From the IMG/VR virus record IMGVR_UViG_3300044797_000098, positions 124,001 through 188,000 of that record: 64,000 bases of DNA; one strand, written 5' to 3'. Positions 1 through 10,206 of the stretch are shown in pieces. The translations under genes and the position numbers were made by a program. How positions within the stretch are numbered: position 1 is the stretch's first letter; each line of letters starts with the position of its first letter. The notes beneath the pieces were generated by a model. That model saw only the letters and a program-made list of their open reading frames with translations, ran no database searches and was not told the DNA's origin.

Positions 1-1775
1 AATTTAAATATATTTCCATCTGTCAATGTCATCACAGCACCAACAGAAAGAGTTTCATTTGTAATATTTTGAAATGATGCTCTTTCACCAGTTAGACTAA
101 CTATATTTGGAGCTTTTATATAACTAAAAAATATTTGATTATTTGTCCATCGTAATATACTATACACTTCACCGGTGGTTTGATTAAATATTCTGAATAC
201 ATCTGTCACTGGAAAATTTAATGGCTGTATAGTATTTACTGCTATCAATCTATTATCTATATATTCATTTAAAACTTCGATATGCGATGATACGATATAA
301 TCTATGCCCTGTGCCAATACCTCTTCATAATTAAATATTATGTTGGCAGATGATCCTATTAAACTACCATTTGGCAATCCTACAAGCTCAAAACTATCTG
401 AATCATATACATAATCTATTTGTGATTTAAAAACATATCTGTATGTATATGTTGCCAATGGAGGATATGCGCCAGTTCCAGTTTTATTATTATCTTGTCC
501 ATACACATATACGTTTCCTGAACTATAATCTATTGAGTATTCACCAATTTGAGATGGCAAATAATCTAATCTAAATGGTAATTCATACAAAAATGCAGGA
601 TGCGGTATGTTTGAATCTGGCGGTTCATTCGGATCGGTAAATACAACACTGCCTATACTGCCAATAGTATCATTATTTGTTACTATTGGAGCGTGCATTA
701 GTGTAAATGTATTTTCTAGCGGTGGTAGTACCTCACGACCAGACGAAAGAACTGTATCTACAACTAGTGATGTTGGATCGAGAACTTTTCCAGTATCTTT
801 ATATTCATAAGTTACCTGAACATAAGCAATATTTTCTGTGGAAAAATTAGGATCATTTAATATACCTCTATTTAATATAACTTGATTATCTAATAATAAT
901 TCGTATGTAAAAGAGTTATCTGGATCATACAGTGAATTAAGTATTTGATATCCATACTCCTGTATATTATAGTTGTATGGTGGCAATGAAGAATCATATA
1001 CGAATAAAACACTATTCAATATAATTACAAATCTTTTAGTAAAATTAATCGTAAAAGTATCTTGATTAAATGTTCCAGTTTTATCAACAGTAACGAGAGG
1101 TAGGTTTTCTGAATAACTAGTTGCCTGCAACGATACAGGATAGTTCGGAAACAACGAAATGGATGTAATATTTTGTACAGGATCACTTGTTGGATTAATG
1201 CCAACCCTTAAAATTTCATACGCGCCTTCCTCATTAAGTCTGTCATATGGACCGTTGCCTCTTGTTTTAAATTCATCAATTATTGTAGTTGTTAAATAGT
1301 TTTCATTTTTTGATTGTCTTATATCATATAGTGATTTAGAAAATATAGTTGATAGACCTTGTATATAATTTGATATTACTGATGGGCTGTCTAAATTATA
1401 TACATTGTTTCTAAGAAAATTATTTAGATATATTTGTACTGGGTTACTTGAATCTAATGGCCCTAATATTAATTGTCTATTTGTTATTCCATCATTTAAA
1501 ATAAATGCATCACCATTTAATGAACTAAATGGCACTTGACTGGTTGATTGAAAAATTATGAAATATGCTGCTTGTGGTACTAATGGTTGTGTCGTTATGT
1601 ACAATAAATCATTTGAAACAGTAACAATTAGGACTGATGGGTTAGAAACACCCGGAGTTTGAGCACTTATTATTATATTACCAGTATTTATGTTTTCATT
1701 TAAAGATTCTGAAAACTTGGCAGTAATATTAGTGCTATCTACTACTGTTACAGATATAATTCTTAAATTAGCCAC
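1..1775 (-). CDS. Partial large baseplate/structural protein (runs off left edge; absent from ORF track)
   Basis: GTG at 1773-1775 overlaps the baseplate-J stop and reads MANLRIISVTVVDSTNITAKFSESLNEN...; the same frame is open at the window edge (...NETLSVGAVMTLTDGNIFK). Beta-rich; directly follows baseplate J. Both ends were translated, not every internal codon. Confidence 0.7.
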   Translation of the reverse strand, partial: MANLRIISVTVVDSTNITAKFSESLNENINTGNIIISAQTPGVSNPSVLIVTVSNDLLYITTQPLVPQAAYFIIFQSTSQVPFSSLNGDAFILNDGITNRQLILGPLDSSNPVQIYLNNFLRNNVYNLDSPSVISNYIQGLSTIFSKSLYDIRQSKNENYLTTTIIDEFKTRGNGPYDRLNEEGAYEILRVGINPTSDPVQNITSISLFPNYPVSLQATSYSENLPLVTVDKTGTFNQDTFTINFTKRFVIILNSVLFVYDSSLPPYNYNIQEYGYQILNSLYDPDNSFTYELLLDNQVILNRGILNDPNFSTENIAYVQVTYEYKDTGKVLDPTSLVVDTVLSSGREVLPPLENTFTLMHAPIVTNNDTIGSIGSVVFTDPNEPPDSNIPHPAFLYELPFRLDYLPSQIGEYSIDYSSGNVYVYGQDNNKTGTGAYPPLATYTYRYVFKSQIDYVYDSDSFELVGLPNGSLIGSSANIIFNYEEVLAQGIDYIVSSHIEVLNEYIDNRLIAVNTIQPLNFPVTDVFRIFNQTTGEVYSILRWTNNQIFFSYIKAPNIVSLTGERASFQNITNETLSVGAVMTLTDGNIFK

Positions 1776-4700
1776 TTGTAATACTTTCTTGTGCTATTGA
1801 AACCGTATTAGCGACGAAATATTGATTTTCTTGAGCGGTAATCGTTAATACTTGACCACCTGTACCATCGACATTAAAATATACTACGCGAACTCGTTCC
1901 ACGCCATCTACCGATTGTGCTGCTGAAATTAACATAGATGAATTTAACACTCCGCCTAATTGATTTGTATTAATTGTTGATGTAACAGCATTTTTTACAT
2001 TTTGTATAACTATTGCAGCAGAGTTTGTTGAATTAGAATTAATAACTATATTAAGTGTAGCATCTATTAGTAATTCTTTTGCTTCTTTAACCAAAACATC
2101 TGCTGTCACCGGACGAGCTCCTTCAACAGTAAATGTTGTATTTGTTATTAACGAATTATAATTATAACTAATTAATATTCTTTCATTTTGTTTTGGAGCT
2201 AAATAATCATAAAACGCAGTATATCTTGAACCGGTTGCTGGTTGTGTAAAAAATGAAACCGTGAATCGTGCTGATTGTGATGAATTAAATCCGCTTGATG
2301 CATAGAACTTATTTAAGAATGCAAACTTTTTATTAGTGTAGAGAGTACCGTTTTTTGTAAAATATACATTTTCATAATCGCCATCTGTTGCATAATAAAA
2401 TGTAATCATTAATGAATCACCGAGATTTGGCACATTATTTATATTATTAGTCGTTGATGGTAATGTGAATTGTGTATTTTGTAATAATGGATCGCTTATC
2501 ATTTCATTAGCATATAATAAATTATTACTTATCTCTGTACCAAGAACATCATATGTTGCCAATGTGCTTAATACTTGATTTCCCGTTGTAACGCTCACTT
2601 TTTTAAGACTTACAACCCTCGTGATGTATGTGTTTGACGGAATAGTTGCATTAATAGTTAGATTAAGAAATGTTACGAATGCTGACAGTGCATTTTGTGT
2701 CAATCCAGAATTGATTGCCGTAAATACAACATTGGCCACCTGTGTAACTGTTGTACCAGAAGCTGTTATAACACCTGAATTGGCTATTTGATCTGTGACG
2801 GTTATTGACAATTTTGTTGGTGACTGATGTAAGTTTTTATTTCCGAATAGAATGACAATAACTTCGTCTCCCTGAGATGCTAATGCATTTACTGGAAGAT
2901 TTAAAATATTATCTGTTGAATCTATTGTGCCAGATATAGTCCATAGGTCTTTATTATCTGCAACTCTAATAATACTAATTTGTATTGTTTGTAAATTAGC
3001 AATTGCTAACTGTATAGTTAATAAATTATTCGATGTATTTATAGATGTTATATTATAATAACCTTTGTTATTTATATTTACTGTATTTACTAATTGTATT
3101 GATTTTCCAAGTAAATCATCTATTGATGAAAAACTAAATGATATGCTTGAAAAAGTTGCTGTTGAGGAATTGGATGAAACTGATTGTATATATCCGTCTG
3201 TTCCTGATGCTATCGACAATCCAGTTGTATTATCAATTATATTAAAAGATATATTATTTTCAATAATAAAATTATGTATAGGTACGTAAAAATTATTAGT
3301 TGTAAAATTATACGCCAAGTTTTGAAAATCAGTTTTTATGATTTGATTTGTAAAAGTAAATGGCTGAAATCTTCTTATATCATCGGCAAAATATATTACT
3401 AAAACATTATCGCCAACAGATGGAGCATTAAAACCAGAAAATATTAATTGATATTGGGTTCCGGTATTTACAACGGTTCCAGGAAAATCGGTATTCCATA
3501 TTTCTTTACCAGAAACTAAATCTATAACGGATACTATTTGTGATTGTAGCAATGAAAAATCGGAAGATGGAATACTTAATGTTACATAATTTTGGCTTGA
3601 ACCATTAACTTGAATTGTTTGATTTTCTCTTTTTAATGTATTTGAATTTATATTATTTGTTGATCCTATATTTGTATTTAATACATAACCATTTCCAGAT
3701 CTACTAATCGGAAGACTAGTTATTCCGGCAGATAGTAAATCTGGTAATGCAGCCAAATACGTAACATCTAGATATACATATTGTGTTGATGCTGGTACAT
3801 TTGATACCGGAATAGTTATTTGATTAGATGTAAAACTCCCCGTCGAATTAGTAACATTAAATGAATCTTGTTGATTATAGGTTATTGATATTAAATCACC
3901 TACCACCGCCGAAGTATCTGTTGGCAATATTATTGTTGAACTATATTTTAATTGTATTCCAACAACGATACTATTATTAATAATAATTCCATCATTTTGT
4001 GCTGTATTATATATTTCTTGATTAGAATCAGTGAGCCTAATACTCTCTATAGAGTTTATTGGATTATCGATTGGTGATAGGACTACTTGAAGTCTTGTTA
4101 GAAAGTTTGCAACCGTGCCAACAACAACTGTGCCACGACTAAAACTAAAATAGTTTGCAGATATTACAACAGATACTGGATGTTTTACAGTACCAGTAAA
4201 AAGATTACTCGATGAATTTAATGAAAATAATACTCTTTCATTCCTTATAGCATTAGAAATGCCCCAATCAACGCTATCTGAAATTGGTCTTGGATTATTA
4301 TTTAAAAACTTACCATCATAATCACTATATGGATCATAACTATCAATCCAAGTATAATCAACTTGAAGTATATCACTGGAAGACGGTAATGTATTACCGC
4401 TAATCTGTATTTGCCCAGTCGTATTTGTGCTTCCTGTATTGTCTAGATTTTGATTAGTTATCGTATAGGTTTCACCCGTATTTACATTAAATACTCTTGT
4501 AACATTCGTAGCCGGAGTATGAAGTAATTGTATTATAGAGCTATCGGTGCTTGATACAATACTATTTTCACTAAGTATAGATATACTTTGTTGAACCTCT
4601 GGTATATCAATAACATCCGAATATGTTGTAGCGTCTTGTCCGTTAAATTTTGATTTAACTCTATCTTCTTGGAATAAGGATATTTTATTTGATATCCAGT

Positions 4701-5859
4701 GAAACTTATCAAAACCCCAAGGGCTTCCAGCATATACACCGGTATCTTTTATTAACTCATAATTTCCAGATATTCTGCCAAGACTATCTACTGTTTTTGG
4801 AACGAAATTACCGCCACTTAAAGAACCCGTAACTTGTAAAATTGCTTCTACTGGTTGAGCTGGTAAAACTCCGTTTGCTATATCATCAATTCTTTTTTGC
4901 GTGACTGTTTTATTCGCATCCGCTGCAATTTGTCCTAATACAATTATATTTGCGCTATTTGTTGGATCATTATTATTACTTTGATCTATATAAATATATG
5001 TATCTGTAAATTGAGTTAAAATACTACCAAGAATAAGTATATCTACTTTACCACCGGTTCCTTCTGATATAATCGTATAACTACCATCTGAGTTTTCCAC
5101 AACCTGTGTTCCATCCCTTGTCATCAATGGATTACCTGGACCAATTACGACAGCATCAGAAACAGCAGAATTGGACAAAACTAAGTTTTTATATCCGAGA
5201 GCTGTGCCTATATTCGATCCACTAAATACGGCTAATACACGATTTCTAAATGTTGCATCATTTTCTTGATCATTACCACCTGTAAATGGAAATGTATTCG
5301 TAACATTTGACACACCTGGAATGGATGTTTGATTTAATGAGTATTGAGATATATTCCCGGCGCTTCCAGCCGTTGTGGCTTGAACTGAAACCTCAACAGC
5401 ATACTGATCTGTTATATTCAAAAAGCTTAAAGTACTTTGATATTTTGTGGCAATAGATTTATAAAAATTAGCATTTGCTGGATCCACACTAGTACCATTT
5501 AATACAACGAAAGTAGATCCGCTAGTAGATGTTATTAACGAATTAGTGTTTATTGCAATAATAGCTGGAATTGAAGCAAATGTCAATAACGCTGTGCCGG
5601 ATGATTTTGTAGCAACTTTTCTTGTCACACCATAATTTTGTGCTAATTTGTCTAAGTCGCTGCCAGATACCAATCTCAGTGATTGAAGATTTGATATTTT
5701 CCCGAGCTCATCATACAATAGAGCAATTTGTGAGGCCGGAGCATCAACGATTAAATCCCTAGCAACTGTTCCAGGCTTAAGATCTAAATTAGGCTGGGCA
5801 GTATTAAAAAAGTCTAAAAGACTTAATATTAATTCGTTTGTTGACCGAATAGTTACCAT
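1768..5859 (-). CDS. Baseplate J-like wedge protein, greatly extended (1363 aa)
   Basis: N-terminus DLKPGTVARDLIVDAPA...DLDKLAQNYGVTRK...GGNDQENDATFRNR and C-terminal LISAAQSVDGVERV are baseplate-J-like; follows a gp25-like gene. Confidence 0.85.
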   Translation of the reverse strand: MVTIRSTNELILSLLDFFNTAQPNLDLKPGTVARDLIVDAPASQIALLYDELGKISNLQSLRLVSGSDLDKLAQNYGVTRKVATKSSGTALLTFASIPAIIAINTNSLITSTSGSTFVVLNGTSVDPANANFYKSIATKYQSTLSFLNITDQYAVEVSVQATTAGSAGNISQYSLNQTSIPGVSNVTNTFPFTGGNDQENDATFRNRVLAVFSGSNIGTALGYKNLVLSNSAVSDAVVIGPGNPLMTRDGTQVVENSDGSYTIISEGTGGKVDILILGSILTQFTDTYIYIDQSNNNDPTNSANIIVLGQIAADANKTVTQKRIDDIANGVLPAQPVEAILQVTGSLSGGNFVPKTVDSLGRISGNYELIKDTGVYAGSPWGFDKFHWISNKISLFQEDRVKSKFNGQDATTYSDVIDIPEVQQSISILSENSIVSSTDSSIIQLLHTPATNVTRVFNVNTGETYTITNQNLDNTGSTNTTGQIQISGNTLPSSSDILQVDYTWIDSYDPYSDYDGKFLNNNPRPISDSVDWGISNAIRNERVLFSLNSSSNLFTGTVKHPVSVVISANYFSFSRGTVVVGTVANFLTRLQVVLSPIDNPINSIESIRLTDSNQEIYNTAQNDGIIINNSIVVGIQLKYSSTIILPTDTSAVVGDLISITYNQQDSFNVTNSTGSFTSNQITIPVSNVPASTQYVYLDVTYLAALPDLLSAGITSLPISRSGNGYVLNTNIGSTNNINSNTLKRENQTIQVNGSSQNYVTLSIPSSDFSLLQSQIVSVIDLVSGKEIWNTDFPGTVVNTGTQYQLIFSGFNAPSVGDNVLVIYFADDIRRFQPFTFTNQIIKTDFQNLAYNFTTNNFYVPIHNFIIENNISFNIIDNTTGLSIASGTDGYIQSVSSNSSTATFSSISFSFSSIDDLLGKSIQLVNTVNINNKGYYNITSINTSNNLLTIQLAIANLQTIQISIIRVADNKDLWTISGTIDSTDNILNLPVNALASQGDEVIVILFGNKNLHQSPTKLSITVTDQIANSGVITASGTTVTQVANVVFTAINSGLTQNALSAFVTFLNLTINATIPSNTYITRVVSLKKVSVTTGNQVLSTLATYDVLGTEISNNLLYANEMISDPLLQNTQFTLPSTTNNINNVPNLGDSLMITFYYATDGDYENVYFTKNGTLYTNKKFAFLNKFYASSGFNSSQSARFTVSFFTQPATGSRYTAFYDYLAPKQNERILISYNYNSLITNTTFTVEGARPVTADVLVKEAKELLIDATLNIVINSNSTNSAAIVIQNVKNAVTSTINTNQLGGVLNSSMLISAAQSVDGVERVRVVYFNVDGTGGQVLTITAQENQYFVANTVSIAQESITSG

Positions 5860-5868
5860 TATCTACCT

Positions 5869-6300
5869 TTAAGAATTACCTACTGTAAAAACGGCACTAA
5901 CTTTGCCGAATGCTCGACTTAAAACATTTATGGTCGTCTGATACTGTCTTGGATCAAATGGACTCTGAACTATTGAGATATTTTGAATGAACGCTATTTG
6001 CTCATCTGGTGAAACTGATTGTCCTGATTGGACCTGTAAGTTTTGCAGTTTCTTAAGGTTTTCTACAGCATTTTGTAACTGTGTTTGTGCAACTGATAGT
6101 AATATATCATTTTGCAAAACAGATCCTATTAAAGATTTACTGATTAAGGTACCATACCAAGGATTTAATACATTTCCACCGGCAGGTGTTAATGCTATTT
6201 TGAGTAAATCTTGCACCAATTTATCATTGCCTTGAATAGTGGCAAAATCTGAGTTCGTTATAACTAAATCTCCATTATATACTTGTAAATCAAATGACAT
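5869..6300 (-). CDS. gp25/GpW-like baseplate wedge (sheath initiator) protein
   Basis: 143 aa; DLQVYNGDLVI...KLVQDLLKIALTPAG...PWYGT pattern; directly upstream of baseplate J; SD GGTGGAG. Confidence 0.75.
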   Translation of the reverse strand: MSFDLQVYNGDLVITNSDFATIQGNDKLVQDLLKIALTPAGGNVLNPWYGTLISKSLIGSVLQNDILLSVAQTQLQNAVENLKKLQNLQVQSGQSVSPDEQIAFIQNISIVQSPFDPRQYQTTINVLSRAFGKVSAVFTVGNS

Positions 6301-6350
6301 AGCTCCACCTATGAATATGCTGAATTATTATTATTTGGCTAAAAGATAGG

Positions 6351-8012
6351 TTATTGAGCAATCAGGACGGTTCCATTATTGACATTATCATAGTATTTTT
6401 GTATGAATTTATATATATTCAATAATGTTCCCTCAAATGATGTCAATGCCGTTATAACATCTGGTATATCTGACTGTTCCACGCCTTGTAAATTAATATC
6501 GGATCTATATTTTTGCATTCTTTGAAATGCCCTTGTGTCAATCAATCCGAGCAGTGCCAGCGGATCCATAATCCATAATGCTGCTTGCATAGCTACCATA
6601 TCCATTAATCCAAAACCACTGAACTCTCCCATTATTATTTCAATATTTCTCAAATAATCAATGCCATAATTACCTAATGTATTACGATTATTATTTAGAG
6701 AATCTAGATTAGTTTGATATGATTTATCGACATTTTTATTAATGGAAAATACGGAATCATCGAGATTAGAAAATACGAAATCACCCAGATCTGGTGTTCC
6801 ATTTAATCCTGTATCGAACTGGATATCATTTAATATTTGTTTTTGAGTTAATTGAATTATTTGATTTTCAATCGCCCTATTGTTAGGATCATTTGCGACA
6901 GGGGGATTTAATGTACCTCCGTTTGTGCCAGCCTCAACACCACCAGTTGGGCTTGGTATTGGTTCAAAATTAATTTTTAATCGAAGTTTTTGTATATTAT
7001 TTATTGATTCTATTAGTTTATCCACCACGATTTGCATTATTTTCACATAATCACTGAAAATCTTTACCTCTGAACTGTATAGTTGACCCAACGGATCAGC
7101 AACCGCAGCCACTAAATCCTGATCTGTTTGCGATGGGTCTGCGGTTACGGCATTAAATATTGCTGTGATTACATCATTTCCTTGATTTAACGTAAGATTA
7201 TTGTTATTATATCTTGTTGTTATTACCTTTTCGATATATGGTCGTTTTAAATTATCAGTTGAACCTGTTGTTGAGGTAAATATTTTTGTTTGCGATTTGT
7301 CATTCAAAAATGGAGCACATACTCTATTTACTATTGGCCTAACCGATGAATCTATTCTTGGATCTACTATAAATGGTTTAATCGGATGTTTAGTGGTGAG
7401 AATACTCGTATCTATCATATTATTTAATCCAAATACTCTATTAACTTCTACGGATCGTTCATGTACGAATTGTCGTTTATTCGGATCATCAACTAATGGA
7501 GCTGTATTTCCAAGTTGTTGGGCGAATGATCTTATGAACAAAGAACCGAGCGTAATCTCTTGTGCTTGCACACCACCATTAGCAAAAATCTTATTAAAAT
7601 ATATTTGTACTTGCTGCTCCCTGAAAGCAAATTGTGATGTTAAATCTAAATTAGATATAATTGCATCTGCTATTTTTTGATATGCTGCCATTGATGTTTT
7701 GTCAGTATTTAGATTTGGGTCATAACCAGGACTGTAAAAATTACTATCATCAGCAACAATAGGAAATCCTATCATTCTATAAAATGCGTGACATCGTGAT
7801 TCTTGATATTGTGGTGTATTTAATTCCTGTGAGTTAGGCACTAATGCATTAAAATGACTCCTGATCGCATCAACTGGCACAATAAAATTATCATATAATG
7901 AATCAAAATCAATAGTTAATATATCTTGATTACTTTTATATTTTGACTGCGTATTGTCTTGTGATGAATTATTATCATAAAAATTATTATTTGAATTATT
8001 TATATTTGCCAC
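6351..8012 (-). CDS. Hypothetical virion/baseplate-associated protein (553 aa)
   Basis: Long ORF with GTG start in the baseplate gene run; no recognised motif. Confidence 0.55.
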   Translation of the reverse strand: MANINNSNNNFYDNNSSQDNTQSKYKSNQDILTIDFDSLYDNFIVPVDAIRSHFNALVPNSQELNTPQYQESRCHAFYRMIGFPIVADDSNFYSPGYDPNLNTDKTSMAAYQKIADAIISNLDLTSQFAFREQQVQIYFNKIFANGGVQAQEITLGSLFIRSFAQQLGNTAPLVDDPNKRQFVHERSVEVNRVFGLNNMIDTSILTTKHPIKPFIVDPRIDSSVRPIVNRVCAPFLNDKSQTKIFTSTTGSTDNLKRPYIEKVITTRYNNNNLTLNQGNDVITAIFNAVTADPSQTDQDLVAAVADPLGQLYSSEVKIFSDYVKIMQIVVDKLIESINNIQKLRLKINFEPIPSPTGGVEAGTNGGTLNPPVANDPNNRAIENQIIQLTQKQILNDIQFDTGLNGTPDLGDFVFSNLDDSVFSINKNVDKSYQTNLDSLNNNRNTLGNYGIDYLRNIEIIMGEFSGFGLMDMVAMQAALWIMDPLALLGLIDTRAFQRMQKYRSDINLQGVEQSDIPDVITALTSFEGTLLNIYKFIQKYYDNVNNGTVLIAQ

Positions 8013-8014
8013 TA

Positions 8015-10159
8015 CTAACTCCCGCTATCAATAGTTCCATCCCTAGCTATATCGCCCTCGTCTCTTCTTGGTGCTCCACCCTCTGAACTTGAACTATTAG
8101 ATGAGGATATAGATGGTGAATATACAAATGTATAATTTAATTCATTGACGGAAACTGATGGTGTTTGCGTTATATCTGTTGGGTTATTTAATATACTAAT
8201 ATAGTTATTATCAAATGATACCTTAACTGTTCCATTACCAGGTGTATCACTTAATATTTCTGCCATAAATAGCTGGTATCCGTCATAAGAAAACGGCCCT
8301 ACACTACCTAATGAAACATTAGCCTGTATTTGAGACGCTATTGATGTTGCAACATCTGATGGCAAATTATTTGTCAATGATTGCGAAGAACTTTCATTAA
8401 TTGAAACAAATATAGTTATTGGTTGAGTAATAAATTGAATATTTGTACTTAAATAAAATGAACTTGTATATTGATCATAAGCTGCTGGTATCACCTGTGC
8501 TATTGAACTATTGGTTTGTTGTTGTAGGTTATTTAGTAATCCTAATACTGTTGCTTGAAATAAATTAGTCGATGGAATAGATACACTCTGACTATATACT
8601 GCTATTGCATTTATGATTGCGTCTTGTGTGCCGGCAACATCTGGTAATGTTATATTTGCCAACGCAGCAGAGTTGCCATTGAATTGCGCACCTATTGTAT
8701 TATTAATGAAATCTTTATTAACTGCAACCTCTGGAATACATCCTAATGTTATTAAACTTTCCCCTACCAGGACCTCATGATTGATAGTAAAAGTATATGT
8801 TAAATCTTGAAATAAATATCCATCATTTGGAAAATAAGATCCTTCATTGGCCGGTATGTTAGTTGAATTTTGATGTATAAAAGTATTTAATGGGATTGGT
8901 CTATTTTGAGAATCAACTACTATATCACCATTGTCCTCTGTAACAACCCCACCAATCAAATTTAATGTTCCATTGAATGGGGCAACTAGATCGTTATTAT
9001 ATGACGAAACACCAAGAGTCGGGGGATCTTTAACGATTGCATTCACAATTCGCATATATCTTGGGCCTTTTGGATCTGTTGGATTATAACTAAAATCAGC
9101 TGGAACATAAAAGAATCTAAAACTAATTGTATATGGCGTTGAGTTCGGATCTGTTGTCGTTGTATAATTTGTTCCTCCTGGGAAAAATATTTTCGATGTT
9201 CCAGCAGGTAAATCATATGCTTTAACTATATTGCTGAATGCCTGACTCGTAGAAAGATTGGCGTCATAGAACTGCCAGCTTTCAGATCTTATAGACGATA
9301 TAATTGGAGGAAATGATGCTGGCAATACTAATCCTGAATCTATACCAACTTCATTATAATATAAAAATGTACCAGTGCTACTTATAATATCACTATTATT
9401 CTTGATGAATGCTGGGCATACATCGGGTGTGCAACAAGAACTTGGATTACCTCCACTTGAACTACAAGGAGGAATCCTGAATCCTAAACTAAGGATTGCT
9501 TTTATTATTTGAATGATAGTTGTCAATACACCAAATACTACGAATAGGTTTTGTAATGAGCATAATAAATCGCCTATTTTTTTAACGATTCCTATAATGC
9601 TATCATTATCCAATCTTGGAGCAGCTTTTCCAAGCATATTTAAATTAGCAACTATAACATCAATAATACCAATAATACGAGTTATTAAATATTCTATTAA
9701 GGATAGAATTAGTAATAATAAGGACATTATCATTATTGGTATTGCAAATGCTGGAAAAATAGAAAGAAACTCTGGTATGCAATTACGAAACAGATTACTT
9801 ATAGCTCCACCAAGTGTAAATGGATTCAATAATGAGCACAAAACCTCTATTATACATAAAATTAAATTTAATACTGGTAAGAAAAACTTATATAACATTA
9901 AGAATGGACTGAACTTTTCTAATAAACTATTAACCGCACCATATACATCAATAATAACATTGGGCTCCATTTTTGGTTTTAATGTACCGGGTGGCAATAT
10001 AAAACTCAGTTGATTAAATATTGATGTAAGATCTTCCACTGGTGATGGAGCGAACGGAATATTATAGCTAGGCAATGCAACAGCAAACCCGTTAGATCCT
10101 GGAAATGTCCCAGAATTAGGCGGTATAACATTTGTTTCTGGTAAAGGGGTACAAGGCAT
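8015..10159 (-). CDS. Baseplate-region protein with N-terminal hydrophobic helices and Cys clusters (714 aa)
   Basis: Long hydrophobic segments in aa ~85-225, motif PPCSSSGGNPSSCCTPDVCP; directly downstream of the spike gene. Confidence 0.55.
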   Translation of the reverse strand: MPCTPLPETNVIPPNSGTFPGSNGFAVALPSYNIPFAPSPVEDLTSIFNQLSFILPPGTLKPKMEPNVIIDVYGAVNSLLEKFSPFLMLYKFFLPVLNLILCIIEVLCSLLNPFTLGGAISNLFRNCIPEFLSIFPAFAIPIMIMSLLLLILSLIEYLITRIIGIIDVIVANLNMLGKAAPRLDNDSIIGIVKKIGDLLCSLQNLFVVFGVLTTIIQIIKAILSLGFRIPPCSSSGGNPSSCCTPDVCPAFIKNNSDIISSTGTFLYYNEVGIDSGLVLPASFPPIISSIRSESWQFYDANLSTSQAFSNIVKAYDLPAGTSKIFFPGGTNYTTTTDPNSTPYTISFRFFYVPADFSYNPTDPKGPRYMRIVNAIVKDPPTLGVSSYNNDLVAPFNGTLNLIGGVVTEDNGDIVVDSQNRPIPLNTFIHQNSTNIPANEGSYFPNDGYLFQDLTYTFTINHEVLVGESLITLGCIPEVAVNKDFINNTIGAQFNGNSAALANITLPDVAGTQDAIINAIAVYSQSVSIPSTNLFQATVLGLLNNLQQQTNSSIAQVIPAAYDQYTSSFYLSTNIQFITQPITIFVSINESSSQSLTNNLPSDVATSIASQIQANVSLGSVGPFSYDGYQLFMAEILSDTPGNGTVKVSFDNNYISILNNPTDITQTPSVSVNELNYTFVYSPSISSSNSSSSEGGAPRRDEGDIARDGTIDSGS

Positions 10160-10206
10160 TTTATTCTTTTATATCTATATCATTATTTATTGTTATTAAA
10201 ATTAAA

